DNA of 10,268 nt. Origin: Alteromonas naphthalenivorans. Lineage in GTDB: Bacteria; Babelota; Babeliae; Babelales; CAIQNR01. A model generated the notes under the pieces. That model did no database searches, was not told the origin of the DNA, and worked only from the letters and a program-made list of their open reading frames with translations. Shown piece by piece: positions 1 through 4,761 of the stretch (position 1 is its first letter; the number at the start of each line of letters is the position of its first letter). The DNA is taken from assembly GCA_047631715.1 (NCBI GenBank), contig JBLICC010000030.1:1-10268 (forward strand). Reading direction: 5' to 3'. The translations under genes were made by a program, and so were the position numbers.

Positions 1-175
1 TGTACAAATGGTTGTACAGAAGTGTGTTGTTGCTCTGGAACCATAAGGCTTGTTGATTGATCTTGTAATGGTGCAAGCGCTGTTTGTTGTTGTTCTGGAA
101 TCATAATACTTGTTGATTGATCTTGTAATGGCGCAAGTGCTGTTTGGTGCGGTTCGAAAACTATAAGATCTGTTG
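1..175 (-). repeat. Degenerate 60-bp (20-aa) coding tandem repeat, about 3 copies visible
   Basis: Blocks 1-60, 61-120 and 121-175 align with period 60 (e.g. cttgttgattgatcttgtaatgg at 49 and 109). They encode HQTALAPLQDQSTSIMIPEQ / QQTALAPLQDQSTSLMVPEQ. The array may continue beyond the window. Confidence 0.85.
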
Positions 176-1268
176 CTCTAGGTATTGGAATAGCAAGAGC
201 ATTATCTTGTTGTGTAAATGGTTGTAGTGCAGTTGTGTTTGCAACAGAATTAACTAAATTTAAATTACGTTTACTATTTCGTATAATAAGATTTATTAAT
301 AGATCTTGTTTGTTAGGTGTGACATGAGGAGAAGTAAGGTCGCTATTTTCTGTTGTGGATGCATTAAGTTTATAGTGTGGTTGGCGTGCACTTTGTATTT
401 GTAGTGGGTTGTGCTCTGTTACCGGTATGCTAGAACTAAGAAAGCTATCGGATAATGGTGTAACTTCCATCCCTAGGTCTTGATTTTGGTTAGCCCCAAC
501 GAGTCCTGGTTTTCTTTTAATAATATCTGTTTTTAGACCGCGATAGTCTGTAGGTGTAGTTGATTGTTTTGCACTGTTTTGCATAACATGCCCTGGTTGT
601 CTAAGTATTAATTCTTTATAAAGTGGAACAGTTTTTTTATGCCTAGGCGTTTCTTTTTTTTCTTGTTCAAAAGTGTGATCATCTTCGCCACCAAGCATTA
701 TGCTTATATCTGTAGCAAAATTACTTAAATTTTTATTTGCATTATGACTTTGTTTACTACGTTTAATGAGCCGTGCTGTTATTGGGTCTGGTTGAATTGC
801 TTGAGCAGGTGCAGCAGAGATGTGTGTTTGTTCTGGCTCTGTTGAAGTTACAGGTTGAATTTTAGCTGTTGGAGTAGATTGATTTTGTTTAGGGCCAAGA
901 CTACTACGAATCGCAGATCTCATCCAATTATAAAGAGCACCGGGAATAGTATTATCTTCAGCATCAATGCTTGTATCGCTTTGTGTTTCTGGATTTTCGT
1001 CAGTGTAATATTCCGGTTCTATTCCGAAAGGATTAAGAGAACTTTGACCCATATCTTCTGGAGTTAAAATTTCAGTTGTTTCGTCACTGTTTTCTGATTC
1101 TAGAGTATTAGAGTTTACAGATGGTGCTTGGTTGCCTGTTGATGCAGCACGAATAGCTGGTTCCAAAACACGAACAGCAGTAACACCTGCGCGTCGAGCC
1201 ACTCCGGCACTAAACGCGTTTGTTGTAAGCGAAAATAAAGTAACGAGAACTATCCATTTCTTAACCAT
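1..1268 (-). CDS. Secreted low-complexity (Ser/Thr/Pro/Gln-rich) hypothetical protein, partial: >=422 aa, 3' end beyond the left edge of the window
   Basis: Manual translation from ATG at 1268 gives no stop codon down to position 3. GGAGG Shine-Dalgarno at 1274-1278 (minus strand). N-terminus MVKKWIVLVTLFSLTTNAFS-A is a Sec-type signal peptide (basic n-region, hydrophobic core, A-x-S/A cleavage region). Probably absent from the ORF track because its stop lies outside the window. No recognisable domain. Confidence 0.9.
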   Translation of the reverse strand, partial: MVKKWIVLVTLFSLTTNAFSAGVARRAGVTAVRVLEPAIRAASTGNQAPSVNSNTLESENSDETTEILTPEDMGQSSLNPFGIEPEYYTDENPETQSDTSIDAEDNTIPGALYNWMRSAIRSSLGPKQNQSTPTAKIQPVTSTEPEQTHISAAPAQAIQPDPITARLIKRSKQSHNANKNLSNFATDISIMLGGEDDHTFEQEKKETPRHKKTVPLYKELILRQPGHVMQNSAKQSTTPTDYRGLKTDIIKRKPGLVGANQNQDLGMEVTPLSDSFLSSSIPVTEHNPLQIQSARQPHYKLNASTTENSDLTSPHVTPNKQDLLINLIIRNSKRNLNLVNSVANTTALQPFTQQDNALAIPIPRATDLIVFEPHQTALAPLQDQSTSIMIPEQQQTALAPLQDQSTSLMVPEQQHTSVQPFV

Positions 1269-1278
1269 TTTAACCTCC

Positions 1279-1395
1279 GTTAAGCTCTTTTTATAATTTT
1301 AAGCTTACAAATAGTGTATCATATAGTGGGCTTTTTCGCAATAGGTATTGCAAATAGAAAATATAGTTAAGCTCGGGTAGTTTTGACTAAGCTTA
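1279..1395. promoter_or_regulatory. Twice-repeated bipartite motif GTTAAGCTC-N12/13-TAAGCTTA in the divergent intergenic region (candidate operator)
   Basis: gttaagctc at 1279-1287 and 1366-1374; taagctta at 1300-1307 and 1388-1395. The sequence pattern is seen directly; its function is inferred. Confidence 0.45.
1313..1341 (-). promoter_or_regulatory. Putative sigma70 promoter for the minus-strand secreted protein
   Basis: Minus strand: TTGCGA (1341-1336), 17-nt spacer, TACACT (1318-1313), preceded by an extended -10 TGn. Lies about 45 nt upstream of the ATG. Confidence 0.6.
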
Positions 1396-1457
1396 AAAAA
1401 ATAGCCTGTTTGTGATTGAGTTTTTAAGACAGGTGGTTCTTTATTACTATTTTATTA

Positions 1458-1486
1458 TTGCTAGAGGGGGGTTTCTGCCCTACACT
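1458..1486 (+). promoter_or_regulatory. Putative sigma70 promoter for the Skp1-like/LRR gene
   Basis: TTGCTA (1458-1463), 17-nt spacer, TACACT (1481-1486). AT-rich UP-like tract at 1441-1457. Confidence 0.55.
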
Positions 1487-1524
1487 GGATTTTTCGTAAA
1501 ACTACAATTTATAAAGGCATTTTG

Positions 1525-2751
1525 ATGATGAAAAAACTATTCGTATTTTTGAGCATATTTGGATTAATTACTGTGCAAGCTGCAGATCAAGTAGCAAAGC
1601 GCATACAAGTTGAGCAAGCAGCTGAAGTAGAAGAAGTAAAAATTAAAGTAGTATCGTTAGACGGTATAGAATTTGAGTTGCCCGCAGATCATAGGTTTCA
1701 AACAATTAAAAATGTTACGGATGATTTAGGAAGTGATGCACAAGATATGCCAGTACCATTACCTATGGTTGATGCAGCGCATCTTAGAGAAGCAATTGCA
1801 TTGTATCAAGCTGGGTATCAATTTCCTGTAACGGGAAAAGTATTACAAGATAGAGGCATTACGCTTGAAAGTTTATTGTCGTCATTGGATTATTTGGATC
1901 CACGAGATGATGATGGTAACCAAAGCTATTTAAAAAAATTCTATAGTGCATGGGCAAATCATGATGATAATCAAGAGTTGCCGGTATATTGTAATGTATC
2001 TGGTAATGGCATGCTTGATAGTATGAATTTAAAAACTGTGGGGTTGCCTGATACTATTCAAGAAGATCAGTTAGTATTTACTTTAGAAGATAAAAAATCT
2101 GTGCATAATTATTTAGAAAGAGCGCAAGAACTATCGGTTCAAGATCTTATGGACTTTGATAAAATGCCAAGAGTAGAACGAATTACAAGAATGGGTCGTG
2201 GAGGGGGCCGAATGATAGTAAGTTTTAATTTTGAAGGGCAACGTATTTCTTCTTTAAAAGGTTTGCAAAATGTGCCTGATGATATAAAAAACCACATTCA
2301 GGAATTAATATTTTCGGGTAATAGATTGTCTTGTATTGAACAAGAATATTTAGTGGGCTTTACAGTTCTTAGAAAATTATTACTAGATAATAATGAAATA
2401 ACAACTATACCGTGTTTTGCATTACCTTCTGTTGCAAGTTTAGATCTTGAGAATAATAATATTACTCATATTGCAGAGAATACATTTACTGATTTAGACA
2501 AGTTACAAACTATTTTTCTAAAGGGTAATCCTATCGAAACTATTGCACCAGAAGCTTTTAAAAAATTACCAGTATTAAGAGCAGTAGGAGGAAGCCGAAC
2601 TTTAGCTGCAACAATGCAACCAAGAAGTTTTGTAAATACTCCATGGATATTAGAAAATGTTTTGTTAAGAGAAACTGGTAATGATAATGTTGATTGTCTT
2701 AAATTCCCCGAAGGAGCAATCGTAGTAGAGCATGAAAGAAATGATAATTAA
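1525..2751 (+). CDS. Secreted protein with an N-terminal Skp1-like BTB/POZ domain and C-terminal leucine-rich repeats (408 aa)
   Basis: Start at ATG 1525 (AAGG 7 nt upstream) is preferred over TTG 1522. Signal peptide MMKKLFVFLSIFGLITVQA. nt 1639-1899 encode IKVVSLDGIEFEL...QTIKNVTDDLG...PVPLPMVDAAHLREAI...TLESLLSSLDYLD, matching Skp1-family motifs. About 5-6 LRRs at nt 2221-2589 (e.g. LRKLLLDNNEI, VASLDLENNNI, LQTIFLKGNPI). Confidence 0.88.
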   Translation: MMKKLFVFLSIFGLITVQAADQVAKRIQVEQAAEVEEVKIKVVSLDGIEFELPADHRFQTIKNVTDDLGSDAQDMPVPLPMVDAAHLREAIALYQAGYQFPVTGKVLQDRGITLESLLSSLDYLDPRDDDGNQSYLKKFYSAWANHDDNQELPVYCNVSGNGMLDSMNLKTVGLPDTIQEDQLVFTLEDKKSVHNYLERAQELSVQDLMDFDKMPRVERITRMGRGGGRMIVSFNFEGQRISSLKGLQNVPDDIKNHIQELIFSGNRLSCIEQEYLVGFTVLRKLLLDNNEITTIPCFALPSVASLDLENNNITHIAENTFTDLDKLQTIFLKGNPIETIAPEAFKKLPVLRAVGGSRTLAATMQPRSFVNTPWILENVLLRETGNDNVDCLKFPEGAIVVEHERNDN

Positions 2752-4568
2752 TCTTTTTGTAAGATAGTTAAAAAGGCTTCTTGCGGAACTTCCACATTAC
2801 CAATTTGTTTCATGCGCTTTTTGCCTTCTTTTTGTTTTTCAAGAAGTTTACGCTTACGACTAATATCACCACCGTAACATTTTGCAGTAACATTTTTACG
2901 CAACGGCGCAACACGTTCTCGGGCAATAATAGTGGCACCTTGAGCAGCTTGGATAATAACTTCGAACAACTGTCTTGGAATGGCTTTCTTTAATTTGCCG
3001 GCAAGACTTCGTCCAATATTATATGCGCTTTCTTTATGCACAATAACAGCCAATGCATCAACAGGACGGGTGTTTAAAAGAATATCTAGCTTAATGAGAT
3101 CTGCAGGTTCGTAACCCGCTTCATCGTAATCAAAACTTGCATAGCCAGAAGAAAGAGATTTTATTTGATCATAAAAATCGGTAGCAACTTCGTTTAATGG
3201 AAGCTTGTATTTGACGATCATACGAGATTCATCAAGTGGTTCCATGTTTTTTTGTTCGCCACGTTTTCTTTGGCACAACTCAAGAATGGCACCTAAATAT
3301 TCTTTAGGAACAATAATAGTTGCGTCGATCATTGGTTCGTAAATTGTGTCTATATGACTGCGATCAGGAAAGTCTGATGGGTTTTCTATTTCTAATTCTT
3401 TACCATTAGTAAGCGTCATTTTATAACGTACACTTGGAGCAGTTGCAATAACATTTTGATTGTATTCTTGTTCAAGACGTTGCTTAAATACATCCATATG
3501 CAAAAGGCCTAAAAAGCCACATCTAAAGCCTAATCCTAATGCAGGGGATGATTTTTTTTCTAACGATACACTAGCATCGTTAAGTGTTAATTTTTCTATA
3601 GAATCGCGCAAGAATTCAAAGTCACTATTTTCTACAGGAAAGATTCCTGCAAACACCATAGGCTTTGCTTCTCTAAATCCAGGATACGATTTAACAGGAT
3701 GTTTTGTTAGATATATTGTATCACCAACTTGTGCTTCTTTAACGGTTTTCATACCAGTAATAATGTAACCAACTTGTCCTGCATAAAGAGCATCAGTTGG
3801 TACTGGTCCTGGATACATAACACCAATTTCTAGCACTTCGTAACGAGTGTTAGTATGTGCAAGTGTAATGTTATCACCTTTTTTAAGTGTACCGCTTTCA
3901 AGTGTTACTAAACAGATAACACCACGGTAATCATCAAACCATGAATCAAAAAGAAGAGCTCTTACGGTATCATCTATTTGAGTTGTGGGAGCTGGCATAC
4001 GCTCTACAATAGCATCTAGAATTTCGGTAACACCAATACCGGTTTTTGCAGAAGCTAATAAGATTTCATCTGGTTTATAATCAAATAAAGAATCAAGCTC
4101 TCTACTTACACGTGGAGTGTCGGCATTGGCCATATCAATTTTGTTGATAATAGGAATAATAGTTAGATCTTGTTCAAATGCTAAATAAAAGTTTGCCATG
4201 GTTTGTGCTTGTACACCTTGGCAGGCATCAACTAAAAGTAATGCTCCTTGGCAAGCATACAAAGATCGAGAAACTTCGTAACTAAAATCTACGTGACCGG
4301 GAGTGTCGATCAAATTTAAAAGATATTCTTCGCCTTTATAGGTATAGACCATAGATACTGTTTGAGCCTTTACCGTAATACCCCGTTCTTTTTCTACTTG
4401 TAGTTTGTCGAGAAACTGTTCGTTTTTATGACGAGTAGAAAGCGTACCGGTAACTTCTAGAAGTCTGTCAGATAAAGTTGATTTTCCATGATCAATATGA
4501 GCAATCACAGAAAAATTACGAATTTTATCGGGAGTAAAGGTCTTTATAGTATCTTTTGTTAATTTCAT
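2748..4568 (-). CDS. lepA: Translation elongation factor 4 (LepA/EF4), 606 aa
   Basis: IRNFSVIAHIDHGKST (G1), ERGITVK, LIDTPGHVDF (G3), NKID (G4), SAK (G5), GFRCGFLGLLHM, and the LepA-specific C-terminal KCYGGDISRKRKLLEKQKEGKKRMK. Confidence 0.99.
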   Translation of the reverse strand: MKLTKDTIKTFTPDKIRNFSVIAHIDHGKSTLSDRLLEVTGTLSTRHKNEQFLDKLQVEKERGITVKAQTVSMVYTYKGEEYLLNLIDTPGHVDFSYEVSRSLYACQGALLLVDACQGVQAQTMANFYLAFEQDLTIIPIINKIDMANADTPRVSRELDSLFDYKPDEILLASAKTGIGVTEILDAIVERMPAPTTQIDDTVRALLFDSWFDDYRGVICLVTLESGTLKKGDNITLAHTNTRYEVLEIGVMYPGPVPTDALYAGQVGYIITGMKTVKEAQVGDTIYLTKHPVKSYPGFREAKPMVFAGIFPVENSDFEFLRDSIEKLTLNDASVSLEKKSSPALGLGFRCGFLGLLHMDVFKQRLEQEYNQNVIATAPSVRYKMTLTNGKELEIENPSDFPDRSHIDTIYEPMIDATIIVPKEYLGAILELCQRKRGEQKNMEPLDESRMIVKYKLPLNEVATDFYDQIKSLSSGYASFDYDEAGYEPADLIKLDILLNTRPVDALAVIVHKESAYNIGRSLAGKLKKAIPRQLFEVIIQAAQGATIIARERVAPLRKNVTAKCYGGDISRKRKLLEKQKEGKKRMKQIGNVEVPQEAFLTILQKD

Positions 4569-4602
4569 AATCTACCAGTATAAAGTTGAAAATCTTATCT
4601 CT

Positions 4603-4631
4603 AGGGTAGAAAAAGCTGATCCGATTGTCTA
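4603..4631 (-). promoter_or_regulatory. Possible sigma70 promoter for lepA
   Basis: Minus strand: TAGACA (4631-4626), 17-nt spacer, TACCCT (4608-4603). The -10 match is weak. Confidence 0.35.
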
Positions 4632-4688
4632 TCTATAACTTATTTTGAGCTTAAAAATATTTAATATAAGCTTCTAGAGGTAAAGCTC

Positions 4689-4718
4689 TTGTTTTTGTCC
4701 TTTAGGAACTGCTATGCT
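4689..4718 (+). promoter_or_regulatory. Putative extended -10 sigma70 promoter for the large LRR gene
   Basis: TTGTTT (4689-4694), 18-nt spacer, TGc-TATGCT (-10 hexamer at 4713-4718). It overlaps the ORF-track ATG at 4714, which supports a downstream true start. Confidence 0.5.
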
Positions 4719-4761
4719 TATTTTAATGTTGGAAATTAAGTTAAATGTTATGGAGAGAGTT

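Noticed and set aside
855..1067. 70-aa plus-strand ORF from the track
   Set aside because: It lies antisense within the long minus-strand CDS (1-1268), which has an SD, promoter and signal peptide. TTG start; shadow ORF.
2748..2751. TTAA as a transposon target-site duplication
   Set aside because: No transposase, terminal inverted repeats or matching second junction. TTAA is very common in this AT-rich DNA.
2781..3768. Plus-strand ORFs 2781-2993 and 3460-3768
   Set aside because: Antisense shadows of lepA with no recognisable motifs.
4714..4761. ORF-track start at 4714 for the large LRR gene
   Set aside because: It overlaps the predicted -10 box and would bury the signal peptide. ATG 4762 has a GGAG SD and an MKKL leader like the paralog.
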